From IMG/VR virus record IMGVR_UViG_3300025120_000076, positions 1-52,422 of that record: a stretch of 52,422 bases of DNA. One strand, 5' to 3'. A program made the position numbers and the translations under genes. This DNA is from a virus. Its lineage: Duplodnaviria; Caudoviricetes. The notes under the pieces are model-generated. The model did no database searches, was not told the DNA's origin, and saw only the letters and a program-made list of their open reading frames with translations. The stretch's first letter is position 1, and each line of letters starts with the position of its first letter. Shown in pieces: positions 6,941-17,358 of this stretch.

Positions 6941-9900
6941 TATATACCGTGTTTTTCTGCTAATTTTTCTAATCTAAATCTAGGCGTTTTTATATTAGTT
7001 TCTTTTTCTACTTTATATATACTATCTCTAATTTTTTGATTTGGTAATCCCCTTAAAACTTTTTGCCTAAAATTCTTATATTCTTTTTCTTTGATCTTAT
7101 TTTCTTCCCTAGTTTGCTTAGATTTTATTTTACCTTCTTCTTTTCTACGAGCTTTAGATTCAGTTTTCATTAAATCATGCTCTTCAACTCTAGCGTTAAC
7201 ATCCCACTGTCTCCAACCTAAACCTAAAGCTATACGTTGGTAGTTAGTATTACGAGTATCTAAAGCCTCTGTCAACGCGTTTACTTCATCAAATAATCTA
7301 TCTAATGGAAGATTTAAAGTAGCTGAACTTAATTCACCAAGCATATCATATGAAGGACTAAGTTGAAATTTACCATCTATCATTACGTCAAAACCTCTTT
7401 CAGCTATAACGTCTTTATCAAACTTTTGAGTTTGTAAAAAGTTATTAATTTTTCTTATTTTACTACCTATTGGTGGAGATATATTTAAAGCAGCAATTAA
7501 TATTTGTGCATTTTCTCTATTAAACTCTGTTTGCTCTTGTTGCTTGTTATATTCTAATAAAACATTTTTTACAGTAGATACAACCGCCCCAGCTAAACCA
7601 GAACCTCTAAGCATCGTATCAACCATGTTGTTGCCTACTCTACTTACTTTGCCATCTAATTTATTTTGTTTTCTTTCAAGATATTTATCTCTTTCTTTGT
7701 CTGTTTTAAAATCTTCTTCTTCATCTTCAAAACCTGGTAGCATTGCAAACAAAGCATTTTGTAATGTAGAAAATATTAAATTTTGCACAAACCCATAATA
7801 AACTATTTTACTTAAGTTTGTTTTTCTATCACCTCTATTATTTATTAAATCTTGACCAGCTTTTTTCATAAGCCTAGTGTATTGCATAGGGGTATTTTGA
7901 AAAGCTAATACTAATCTACCTAGCACGCTAGACTGCTGCCCAGATATAAGCATTGGATCTGCTGACTGTTGTGTTTCGTCTGATATAGCACTGAAGTCTG
8001 CAAATGCTTTTTTCTCTGCAGCATCTTGTTCAAATCCTGCTTTTTTATATGTGTTTATTCTATTTCTATAAAAGGTTGCACCACCTGTTGCTATGGCTAT
8101 ACTATCAGCAATTTGAGTAGGGGTAAATCCTAATTTTAATATATAAGAAATAACACCTTCCATGCCATTGTTCTTGGCAGCTTGAGCTATTTCAGCTTCT
8201 TGTATATCGCTTTGTAAACCTGATCTTCTTTGTTTTAATTTATCTGAATTAAACAGCTTAGCAACATCACCCCAGTATTGAGGTTGATTAGCAAAAGCAA
8301 TCCCAGCTTTCAATGGATTATTATCAGACCAATTAACGAAGTTTACAGAAGACATCAGCTGTAGTAACGCTGATCTTCTATTGAAGAACATTATAGCTCC
8401 AGTTGAATTATTAACCCAATTATTCCATCTAGTAACAATACGACCTTGACCGGTTGGTTTATTACTACCTGTTTTCATTCTATCTATAATATTAATTAAA
8501 GACTCTTTAACTCTAAAACCATATAAAGCTTCTACTTTATTTAGATTTTTATCACTAAATATTTGATCAACATTATCTGTAAATTCTTTTAAAAACTCTG
8601 CTCTATTTATATCTCTACCTACTCTACTTAAATCACCTATTATAGTTGTTCCGTCCCAAGCAGCTGTTGGTTCTACAAAATTATCTAATCTAGTTATAAG
8701 TTTTACTCCTTCTGAAAAAGCAACGAGATCTACATCTTTACCAAATTTTTTAACAATATCTTTTTGATCTGTTTTAGAAAGCCCAGGTATTTCAAAGCCT
8801 TCTTTATTCCATAAATATATTCTAGTAGCCTCGTCTAACGTATATTTTGTTCCTTGAAACTTTTTATTTAAACCTTTTCTTATTATAGGGTGAGCTTGTA
8901 ACAAAGCACTGTAATCTTTTCTTATTCTTTGCTTAGCTATTTCCATAGCATTAACACCTTTCATGTAAGGTTTAATAAGAGCTTTGTCAAAAAATGCTTG
9001 ATCAGCTTCACCCTGTTTTCCTTTACCAGCAAACGTATACATTGTTAAACCTCTAAAATCATCAGCTGATGGAGGAATAAAAAATGCAAACCTTTTTTGG
9101 TTACGACCTTTTCTTCTAGCGTTTATATCAGAAAAATTAGCTTTTGCTTTAACACCTTTATTTCTTTCTATCATTTTATTAAATTCACTATCTAATGATT
9201 TAGCGAATTTAACTCTAGCTTGTTGCACTCTAGATTTTACATCTAATACGTTGAATATTTCTTTAACAGCTTTTACATTTTTAAGAGCATCATCTGCAAA
9301 ATAAAAATCATTATATCCTTCTGCATATTTATCTACAAACCAATCTGCTTTTGCTTCTGGTCTTCCATCTGCTAAACCTGTTATATTTTTTAAAGGTATA
9401 CTAAGACCTAGTCCTTCTAAAAATTCTTTAATATTTAAAGCTGCAGCTTGAGGTCTTGCTGTTAATATAAATAAATCTTCAGATCCTCTTTTGTCTTGTA
9501 TTGTTTTAGCTACTTCAAATAATGGACCTTTTTTACCATCAATAACTTTATTAAATTGTGTAAAATCAAACTCAGCACCTTCGTCTAGCAAAGCTTGAGC
9601 ATCTGTAGCAAATTCTGTAGCAGATATTTTCTTACTACTACCATCAGGCATGTTAACTATAACCATGCTATTTGACTGAGCCAATGTATCGTCAAAATCA
9701 AATACTCTAGCTTTCTTTTTATTTTTAGAATACTTAATACTATTTCTAGCATTAGTCATAGCTTTATCAGCCTTGTTATTTTTTACTACAACTTTCTTAG
9801 CATCTGGTTTAAAAGTTTCATTTTCTCTATTAGTAACATCTCTATTAAACAACGCTTCGTCTTTTATTTCTCTTAATGTTTTATTACCAGAGAATAAATC

Positions 9901-12900
9901 ATTCATTAAAGTTTTCTGTAATTCTACAGGCACTTCATTTGTTTCAAAAAAGTACTCAGCTAAAGTTTGTTTAGTAGGTATATACATCATGCTGGATAAA
10001 TCTATACCAGCTTCACTTAATCTTATTGTAGATAATAAACCTTGGTCTAATTTTAATTTACCATCTTTATAAAGCTCAACACCTTTGTAGTAAGCATCAG
10101 GCATAGATGTTTTGAAATCTATATCTAATAAATCGTTGTTATCTAAATCTATCCAACCTTGCATATACGATGCTTCAACTATAGGCCAAACTTCATTTAC
10201 CCTACCATCTTTAGCGGCTTGAGTTAACATAGTACCTATGTTATTTTGAGGCTCAGTGTGTTCTTCAATACCCTTAACACCTCTTAATGGATTACCATCT
10301 GCATCTACTTGAACTATAAGAGCAGGCGCTAAAGCTCTATTAGGCGCGTTTTGAGAATTAGTAGCAGCTGAAGCTATTTCATCAAACACCCAAATGTCTT
10401 TAGGATTATCTTTTAAATAAGCTTCTGCAGCAACATAAAAATCTTTTAATACATTTAACTTAGCTTTTTCTTTTGCTACATAACCAGGTTCAAAAATAGA
10501 CTTAGCATAGGCGTTAGTTATTTTTCTATCTTTAGTAATAGGCGTTCTACGTATATCAAATTGTCTTCCAACGTTCTTAACACCTTCTTTAAATCTAGCT
10601 ACTACTCCGTATGGAGATCTTGTTTCACCAAAAACCAAAGCGTTTTTAAAATACGAATTATATCCTGGAAATCTTTCAGAAAAATTATTTAAAGTTCTAT
10701 TAAAACCTTGTATAACAGTTTCACCTTTAAAACTTCTAACACTTTCAGGTAGCGCCGCATCTCTATCGTATGCTCTGCCTGGCTTACCTTCTCTTTGTTT
10801 TGTTTTACTTACCTTATCAAAAGATCTTACTTGTTTTGTAGATTGCTCTACATAGCTAGATGTTTGTTTAGGAGATTTAGGTTTGGCTTTTGCAGCCATA
10901 ACTCTAGACTTACTTGAAGCAACGTCAGCTAGTATTTGTTTAGTTGGCTTAGCCGTTTTTACAGGTGACTGCTTTACTTTATCACGAGCAATAACGTTAG
11001 CCGTGTTTTGGCCCTGTAATTTAGCAGCACCTTTTAATAGTTGACCAATGTTTCTGTTATATAAATTTAATTCACCAGGAGGTGTAATACCTAATTCTGT
11101 TTTAAATTGTTCTACAACTTCAGCTGTAGGATTTTTAAATTCTTCTTTCAGTTCCCAAACCGCCGGTTGTGACGTTTTACCTTTAGATCTTTTACCTGTT
11201 TTATTATAAAAATAATTAAGTAATCTATTGTTTAAACCTAAAGCTCTACCCAATACATCTCTTGATACTTCTATGTTTTCACCTTGTTCATCTATAGTTG
11301 CAGACGAACTACTAACATTTTCAGGTGGTAATATTCTTATAAAGTTTCTAGCGTTTTGTCCTGATCTAAAAAACTCTTGTATATTACCAGCTTCTGATTG
11401 TTCTGGTATACCATTTACTATTTTTTTAGCGTACGTTAAGTTTTTCTTTGGATCAGTAATTTTAGCTTCTGGGACATTAAATATTTTAGCCGCAGCTTTA
11501 CCTGCATATCTATCAGAAACCTCTTTAAATGATAACCCAGGTATCTCCTCAGTCTTTATATCAACCACAGATTCAACTTCAGCTTTATTTACTTTGTCAA
11601 AATTTAATGGATTAATTCTAGTTTCTTTAACTATTGATTTTTCTTCTATAACAGTTTCCTCAGCTACAACTTCTTTTGCTTGTGGAGAGTCTAGTCTATC
11701 AGCTTCACGAGACAATCCTTTAACTTCCTCATATATCTGCTGTTGCTTAGGTCTCATGTTGTTATCTACAAATGTAGAAAACTTAGCTGTATTAGGATCA
11801 AACCTTTCTACTATACCTGGTAAAAATTCTCTAGCAGCAGACAATACATCTTCTCTTCTAAAATCACCTTTACGAGTATCATACTTTAATGCGTTTAAAG
11901 CTAGTAAATCAAATTGATTTAATAAAGCTTGATCTGCTTGTGCCACTTGTGAAGGTTGACTTGATGGAGATTTTTTTATTTGAACTAGCTCTTCAGGTGA
12001 CAAGTTGTCATAGAAAGATTTAGATTCTTTAACATTTGAATCATCTTTTATTTTATATTCTCTTTTAACTAAATCACCTTCTGCTCGTTCAGTAAATAAT
12101 TTTTCCTGCGCTTTTGTTAGTTTACCTTTTTCTAAACTTGTATTATAATCTTTAATAAAATTATAAACATCCTCAGCCTTATTAAACTTAATATTTTTTA
12201 ATCCTGCGTTTTGTAAAAATCTTCTTATTATATCTCCTACTTTAGTAAAAAAACCTTGGTTAAATTTTATATCACCAGTTTGTATAGCACCAGAGAATAA
12301 TGTTAAAACTTCCTCCATTTTTACAGCTTCAGGATCTGCTTTATACTGTTCTAGTCTAGCAGCAAACTCGGTATTTTCAATGCCTTCAATTTTAAACAAC
12401 TCTGTTTTTAATTCTTTACCTAAATTTATAGCAGTACCTTTGCTATTTTTTAAAGTCTTAAATAAAAGTGCATGTAAAAACTCATGATTAGCTACATCTA
12501 CAGCTAGGTCTTTAGCTGATTGTTCTTTGTTTATAACTATAGTTTGTTCTCCAGTTTCATTGTTTTGTAATATAAAACCTTGTTCACCAAAAGATTTTTT
12601 ATCAACATCTTTAAACTTAGGATCTTTAGCTAGCTCCTCTGCTTCTTTAGTATTTTCTACTGTAAAAACAGTTAAGCCTTCTACGCCTTCTGATAAATTA
12701 GTTATTGTTTCTGTAGATATTGTTAATTGATTTTCAGCGCTAATCTCACCTAATCTATTTTCTATTTCTACTAATTTTTTTCTTTGGGTATCAACAAGTG
12801 CTTTATTGTCTCCGGCTTTTTTTATTTCTGCTCTAATTAAAGAACTCTCTTCTAAAAGTTGAATTGTTTCTTTTAATAAAGGTCCTTGTATTTTTAAATT

Positions 12901-14349
12901 CTTAGCTACATTAACAGCGCCCTGTGTAGATCTAAAATTTATTTTTACATTGTCAGCTTCCTCAATCGTTAAATCACCTAAAGATACTTTGTTTTTTAAT
13001 TCTATATCTAGTTTTCTACTAGCAAACCTGTTTTCTGCTATTTTAATTTTATCATCTGTAATATCAGTTCCATCAAAAGCTTCTGCCACAGAAGTGTATT
13101 GGCTTTCATCAATAGTTCTACGCATAGAATTATTTGCTTGAGCATTTCTAACTATGGTTCCAGCTGTACCTGTACCACTCATACCACCACCAGTTGCAGC
13201 TCCTATTATAAAAGTATCAGCTAATTCTAACCAGTAATTTTCAAAAGCTTTTTCATCACCCATAATAAACTTATCAGCCATATTATTTATAGTTAATGTA
13301 GCTGATTCAGATAAACCTTCAGCGCCACTTTCTTTGCTTAATTTAAGAGTAACACCTTTTAATGTTTGTTTAACATATTCTTTACTTTTTCCAGCAAGAT
13401 CTTTAAACATTCTACCACCTATTTTTTTAGTGGTAATTTCTAATAAACCTTCTGAAGCGCCTATTACTGTTGAGTATATTAAATTTTTTGTATTTAATTT
13501 TTCTCCTTTAGCTATATTCTCTGCATCAGCCTGCGCAGCTTGACCAAGCACTATACTACCTATACCTATGCCAGGTGTCATTGCTTGAGCTATAGACGGT
13601 ATAGTTTCTAACGCGCCAGTAAAAGTTCTTGTTATACCCTCTATTAATTTGAGTTGAGAAAATGCTTGACCTATTGTATTGTCATATTCTGTTAAATCTT
13701 CTCTCCATTTTTCAGCAGACTTTTGTAGTTCTTCTGCTTTTTCTCTACCTGGCTTACCTAACTTTTGAATAGCTGATCCTGGATTAGCACCTAACGAAGG
13801 CATTGCACTATAAAAGTTTTGTATTAAATCATCTTGCTCTTGAGCACTAAGCGCGTCAAACTCATCTTCAAACTCTTGAGGTCCTAAAGATTTTACAATG
13901 TTAAATTGCAATCTGTTTAAGTAACCAGGCATATTAGCCAAGGTTTCACCTACACTTAATGTTGCTGCCCATATTCTTTCTGGAGCTTCGCTTAATTCTT
14001 GACCTACATCAAAACCACCTTCTTCACCTTTGTCGTATTTTTTTGCTAATCTAAATAAATTAGCAAAACCTAGACTTGGATTTATTAATGACTGCCCCAA
14101 TGAAACAACGTCCAATGCTGATTCCATAGTGCTTTTCTTCTCGGATGCATCCGGAACTTCGGGTATTACAGTTGCATCCATTTGGACCGCAACACCCTCT
14201 TGAAAATCTTGTTCTTGACTCTCTTCTTGATAAGGTTGAGCGCCTATAGAAGCCAAGAAACTTTCAACATCTAAGCCAAAGTTTTCTGCTTCTATTTTAA
14301 GTTCTTCTAGCGTTTTTAAAACGCCATCTACCATATATTTTTCTTCCAT
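6940..14349 (-). CDS. giant (2469 aa) internal virion / ejection-type multidomain protein with zincin HExxH, sigma-region-2-like and HAD-like domains
   Basis: Last gene of the virion module, with Gly/Ala-rich hydrophobic helices. Motifs: NHEFLH; VERFDPNTAKFSTF; VFDFDDTL...ILTARP...FADDALKN. Confidence 0.7.
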   Translation of the reverse strand: MEEKYMVDGVLKTLEELKIEAENFGLDVESFLASIGAQPYQEESQEQDFQEGVAVQMDATVIPEVPDASEKKSTMESALDVVSLGQSLINPSLGFANLFRLAKKYDKGEEGGFDVGQELSEAPERIWAATLSVGETLANMPGYLNRLQFNIVKSLGPQEFEDEFDALSAQEQDDLIQNFYSAMPSLGANPGSAIQKLGKPGREKAEELQKSAEKWREDLTEYDNTIGQAFSQLKLIEGITRTFTGALETIPSIAQAMTPGIGIGSIVLGQAAQADAENIAKGEKLNTKNLIYSTVIGASEGLLEITTKKIGGRMFKDLAGKSKEYVKQTLKGVTLKLSKESGAEGLSESATLTINNMADKFIMGDEKAFENYWLELADTFIIGAATGGGMSGTGTAGTIVRNAQANNSMRRTIDESQYTSVAEAFDGTDITDDKIKIAENRFASRKLDIELKNKVSLGDLTIEEADNVKINFRSTQGAVNVAKNLKIQGPLLKETIQLLEESSLIRAEIKKAGDNKALVDTQRKKLVEIENRLGEISAENQLTISTETITNLSEGVEGLTVFTVENTKEAEELAKDPKFKDVDKKSFGEQGFILQNNETGEQTIVINKEQSAKDLAVDVANHEFLHALLFKTLKNSKGTAINLGKELKTELFKIEGIENTEFAARLEQYKADPEAVKMEEVLTLFSGAIQTGDIKFNQGFFTKVGDIIRRFLQNAGLKNIKFNKAEDVYNFIKDYNTSLEKGKLTKAQEKLFTERAEGDLVKREYKIKDDSNVKESKSFYDNLSPEELVQIKKSPSSQPSQVAQADQALLNQFDLLALNALKYDTRKGDFRREDVLSAAREFLPGIVERFDPNTAKFSTFVDNNMRPKQQQIYEEVKGLSREADRLDSPQAKEVVAEETVIEEKSIVKETRINPLNFDKVNKAEVESVVDIKTEEIPGLSFKEVSDRYAGKAAAKIFNVPEAKITDPKKNLTYAKKIVNGIPEQSEAGNIQEFFRSGQNARNFIRILPPENVSSSSATIDEQGENIEVSRDVLGRALGLNNRLLNYFYNKTGKRSKGKTSQPAVWELKEEFKNPTAEVVEQFKTELGITPPGELNLYNRNIGQLLKGAAKLQGQNTANVIARDKVKQSPVKTAKPTKQILADVASSKSRVMAAKAKPKSPKQTSSYVEQSTKQVRSFDKVSKTKQREGKPGRAYDRDAALPESVRSFKGETVIQGFNRTLNNFSERFPGYNSYFKNALVFGETRSPYGVVARFKEGVKNVGRQFDIRRTPITKDRKITNAYAKSIFEPGYVAKEKAKLNVLKDFYVAAEAYLKDNPKDIWVFDEIASAATNSQNAPNRALAPALIVQVDADGNPLRGVKGIEEHTEPQNNIGTMLTQAAKDGRVNEVWPIVEASYMQGWIDLDNNDLLDIDFKTSMPDAYYKGVELYKDGKLKLDQGLLSTIRLSEAGIDLSSMMYIPTKQTLAEYFFETNEVPVELQKTLMNDLFSGNKTLREIKDEALFNRDVTNRENETFKPDAKKVVVKNNKADKAMTNARNSIKYSKNKKKARVFDFDDTLAQSNSMVIVNMPDGSSKKISATEFATDAQALLDEGAEFDFTQFNKVIDGKKGPLFEVAKTIQDKRGSEDLFILTARPQAAALNIKEFLEGLGLSIPLKNITGLADGRPEAKADWFVDKYAEGYNDFYFADDALKNVKAVKEIFNVLDVKSRVQQARVKFAKSLDSEFNKMIERNKGVKAKANFSDINARRKGRNQKRFAFFIPPSADDFRGLTMYTFAGKGKQGEADQAFFDKALIKPYMKGVNAMEIAKQRIRKDYSALLQAHPIIRKGLNKKFQGTKYTLDEATRIYLWNKEGFEIPGLSKTDQKDIVKKFGKDVDLVAFSEGVKLITRLDNFVEPTAAWDGTTIIGDLSRVGRDINRAEFLKEFTDNVDQIFSDKNLNKVEALYGFRVKESLINIIDRMKTGSNKPTGQGRIVTRWNNWVNNSTGAIMFFNRRSALLQLMSSVNFVNWSDNNPLKAGIAFANQPQYWGDVAKLFNSDKLKQRRSGLQSDIQEAEIAQAAKNNGMEGVISYILKLGFTPTQIADSIAIATGGATFYRNRINTYKKAGFEQDAAEKKAFADFSAISDETQQSADPMLISGQQSSVLGRLVLAFQNTPMQYTRLMKKAGQDLINNRGDRKTNLSKIVYYGFVQNLIFSTLQNALFAMLPGFEDEEEDFKTDKERDKYLERKQNKLDGKVSRVGNNMVDTMLRGSGLAGAVVSTVKNVLLEYNKQQEQTEFNRENAQILIAALNISPPIGSKIRKINNFLQTQKFDKDVIAERGFDVMIDGKFQLSPSYDMLGELSSATLNLPLDRLFDEVNALTEALDTRNTNYQRIALGLGWRQWDVNARVEEHDLMKTESKARRKEEGKIKSKQTREENKIKEKEYKNFRQKVLRGLPNQKIRDSIYKVEKETNIKTPRFRLEKLAEKHGI

Positions 14350-14350
14350 A

Positions 14351-15997
14351 TTATTTATATTTAGAAAACAATGCAGCAGGATTTGATACTTCTACCTCGT
14401 TATCATCTTTATCTGTAATGAAATACTTTCCATCTGAGAAACTCAAAGTTGAACTTGAATTAGGTATTTTAACTGCTGCTTGAAACTGAGCCGTAATACC
14501 ATCATCAAAAGGATTATCTTTTAAAATTTTATATAATCTTCTACCTTGTCTTGTTGCAGAGTCTGAACCACCACCACTTCCTTTGCTAACTTTTGGTATT
14601 GATGTTGTGCTTATTGTTTCATAAAAATAACCTTCTTGACCAGCAACATAACCTTGTATTCCTCTATCTTGCAAAGCCTCTACATCACTTTGATCTAATT
14701 TTCTTATTACTAATTTAAAACCTGGTGTTTGACCTTGTTGTATTACCTCATTAAGCTCACTGTCTGTATAAGCAGCGCCTGTTCTAGGGTTGATCTTACC
14801 CTTGAATTGATTTTCATCAAATTGATCTGCACCATCTACTTCTGGAACTAAATCATAATGCTCTCTCATAGCGATCATTTCTAACTCAGTTACTATTTCT
14901 ACTTTTTTAGATTGTGGTAATTTTAAAAACTCATCTATTTTTACTTCACCCATACCAAGCCTTTGTTCTAAATAAGCTTGTATTGCTTCTGGGTTGTCTT
15001 GTCCTAATATGTTTGCGGCTCTACCTTGTAATGTTGATTGAAACTTTGAATCTAAAGCTTGTATATCTACAAACTCTCTACTTATAACGTTTCTATATCC
15101 ATTGCCATCTTGAGTTTTAGGAGTTAATCTAGTTCTTAATGAGTCAACTAACTCACCGCTTTTTCCTATTAAGTTTTGCTCTTGAGCTATTTTAGAAAAA
15201 TCTGTACCATCAACTGTTTTGTTTAAAAGATTACCATCCCAAAGATCAAGATTTTTTTGCCATTGGAAAGTAACTGTACCATCACCGTTGTCTGTTATAA
15301 AATCTGCGCTTAAATCAAGACCTTTAATTATATCATTATCTTTACTTAATGTGCTGTTTACGGTAACAAAATTACCTTCTTCAGTATAAGTAGCTTCTTT
15401 CGTGCTTACAACACCATCTTGTTTCATTTCAGCTAAAGAAAATCCAGCTAATTGAGCTGATATTTTTTCTTGAGTAGTTTTACCCTCCCAAAACATTCCT
15501 TTGTTAGGACCACTTGTTCCAGCGTAACCTTTTATCATTTCTACATCGGTCATTATTTTACCACCACCCTCAATAATGCTATCAATGTTTGCTTCAGCTC
15601 TATTTACTATATTAGTGAGTTTATTTCTTTCTTCTTTACTTAGATTAGATTTAGTTAGTAATAAGGTTTGAGCTTCTATAGATCCCATCATGCCTTCACC
15701 ACCTTGCATCATTGTTTTTTGAATATTTTGAAACTGCTTAACTAGACTAGTATCTACACCCTGTTCTTTAGAGGCTTTAATTGTTTCTCTTAAGTTTTTG
15801 TTTTGAGCAAGTGCAACTTTGTTCCAAGCTAAATTAAACCTATCTTGTTTTTCATTAGCAACAGCTTTTTGTTGTTGTCTAAACTTAACCATGTTCTGTA
15901 TTGATTGAACCATGGTTTCACTAATCTTCGCAGCTGCATTGGCCCAAGCCATTGCGGATTGATCATTTATTATTCTTGGATTATCGTACGCACTCAT
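14351..15997 (-). CDS. putative internal virion / ejection protein
   Basis: 548 aa with a helical Q/A-rich N-terminus, located between two other ejection-type genes. Confidence 0.5.
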   Translation of the reverse strand: MSAYDNPRIINDQSAMAWANAAAKISETMVQSIQNMVKFRQQQKAVANEKQDRFNLAWNKVALAQNKNLRETIKASKEQGVDTSLVKQFQNIQKTMMQGGEGMMGSIEAQTLLLTKSNLSKEERNKLTNIVNRAEANIDSIIEGGGKIMTDVEMIKGYAGTSGPNKGMFWEGKTTQEKISAQLAGFSLAEMKQDGVVSTKEATYTEEGNFVTVNSTLSKDNDIIKGLDLSADFITDNGDGTVTFQWQKNLDLWDGNLLNKTVDGTDFSKIAQEQNLIGKSGELVDSLRTRLTPKTQDGNGYRNVISREFVDIQALDSKFQSTLQGRAANILGQDNPEAIQAYLEQRLGMGEVKIDEFLKLPQSKKVEIVTELEMIAMREHYDLVPEVDGADQFDENQFKGKINPRTGAAYTDSELNEVIQQGQTPGFKLVIRKLDQSDVEALQDRGIQGYVAGQEGYFYETISTTSIPKVSKGSGGGSDSATRQGRRLYKILKDNPFDDGITAQFQAAVKIPNSSSTLSFSDGKYFITDKDDNEVEVSNPAALFSKYK

Positions 15998-15998
15998 A

Positions 15999-16928
15999 TT
16001 AACTTATTCTTTTAAATTCAACATCAATTTTAGAGTAATTTACTCTATCATATCCGTCTATGTGGTTTACAACGGCTTCTTGTGGTATTTCATCTGACAT
16101 AACACCTTGGAAAATACCTTCACCTAACATCTTGTTTATGTATTCAAATGCATATATATTTAATCCACTATTAGATTTACCTATAAGTTTTATATTCTTT
16201 TTCATTCTTCTATCAGAAGTGGTGGTGGGCGGCACACCTGGAGCCATTGCACCCATCATACCAGCTGACATTAGTGCTCCACCAAAACCGCTTATAGCAC
16301 TACCCCATGCTTGACCTTGAGCAGCTTTAGCGTTAGCTTGGTTTTGAGCAGCTTGTTGCATATTACCAGCGGCAAAACCTAAATCAGCATTTGTTCTAGC
16401 TTCTCTAGCTTGAAACTCATACTGTATTCCAGCAGCATCTGCTTGTTGTAATCTCATTTGCTCACTCATTTTTAACTTATCAGCTTCACTTTGACCTTGT
16501 GCTCTAAGTTGTTCGTTGGCAGCTTCTTGTTGTTCTATACTAGCAGATATACCTTTTTTACTTTGTAAAGCGGCTTGAGCTAGAGCTGTTGCTCCACCTG
16601 CGCTAGCACCTGTTGTAGCTAATAAATCTAATGTATTAGCCAATGACATATCGGCTTGTTCTGCTTGAAATTCAGCAGCTTGAGTTGCCACTCCTAAATT
16701 AGCAAAAGGATTACTTACCATGCCGCTAAGATCAGTAACCCCAGCGTATGGGTTTACTATAGGAGTTCTAGCTGCTTTAATCTGCTCTATTTCATATCGA
16801 GCTCTTTCTTTGTCGTTTTTAAAACCTTTAGCTTGCTGCTTGGCTTGATTAGCTGCAACTGCTCCTCCAACGGCTGTTGCTGTTGCTCCTACGCCTATAG
16901 CTATTGCCGCAACTGTTCCTATTGCCAT
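15999..16928 (-). CDS. putative ejection (pilot-like) protein with C-terminal peptidase S74 autocleaving chaperone domain
   Basis: Ala/Gly-rich hydrophobic ends and a Q/A coiled coil. The C-terminus reads SDRRMKKNI...SGLNIY.F.Y...GVMSDEI...VNYSKI. Confidence 0.7.
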   Translation of the reverse strand: MAIGTVAAIAIGVGATATAVGGAVAANQAKQQAKGFKNDKERARYEIEQIKAARTPIVNPYAGVTDLSGMVSNPFANLGVATQAAEFQAEQADMSLANTLDLLATTGASAGGATALAQAALQSKKGISASIEQQEAANEQLRAQGQSEADKLKMSEQMRLQQADAAGIQYEFQAREARTNADLGFAAGNMQQAAQNQANAKAAQGQAWGSAISGFGGALMSAGMMGAMAPGVPPTTTSDRRMKKNIKLIGKSNSGLNIYAFEYINKMLGEGIFQGVMSDEIPQEAVVNHIDGYDRVNYSKIDVEFKRIS

Positions 16929-16940
16929 AATATTGTTATT

Positions 16941-17348
16941 TTAAATTATCATTTTTATCATTTCGTGTGACGGCTTTTCATCAACCGACCAACCTAATTT
17001 TTTATGTATCTTAAGTAAACTTTTACTTCTACTTATTGACATAATGCAAGTTTTACCTGCATCTTTAACCATTTGCTCTACAGTTTGTATTAAAAACTTT
17101 ACAGCTAAAGGTCTAGCTCTTTTATTACCATCATGGTCTGAAACCACCCAATCAAACCAGCACATACCTGAATTACTCCAGTATATAAATCCAGCTACAA
17201 TTGGTTTATTTTTATATTCAACCATTACCCCACCAGTTCCATTGTCTGGTAACACTGCTTTGTTAACAGCTGGCCAACCCCAAGCTTTCCACCATGTTTC
17301 TAAAAGACTATAGTCTTCTTCTCTTAATGCTCTTGTTTTTAATTCCAT
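16941..17348 (-). CDS. GNAT-fold (acetyltransferase-like) protein
   Basis: N-terminal RALREEDY, beta-strand PIVAGFIY and C-terminal KKLGW. This is the position such genes take between nozzle and ejection genes in podoviruses. Confidence 0.55.
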   Translation of the reverse strand: MELKTRALREEDYSLLETWWKAWGWPAVNKAVLPDNGTGGVMVEYKNKPIVAGFIYWSNSGMCWFDWVVSDHDGNKRARPLAVKFLIQTVEQMVKDAGKTCIMSISRSKSLLKIHKKLGWSVDEKPSHEMIKMII

Positions 17349-17358
17349 TTAATTTTAT

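Noticed and set aside
9680-9710. DFDD in the giant protein as a virion RNA polymerase DxDxD motif (crAss-like)
   Set aside because: The sequence is DFDDT with downstream TAR and DD motifs, which fits HAD motif I. I saw no DxDxD/DFDGD active-site context in the protein.
10240-10275. GIEEHTEP as an HNH-like nuclease motif in the giant protein
   Set aside because: The motif is too short and the downstream N/H residues cannot be assigned by eye.
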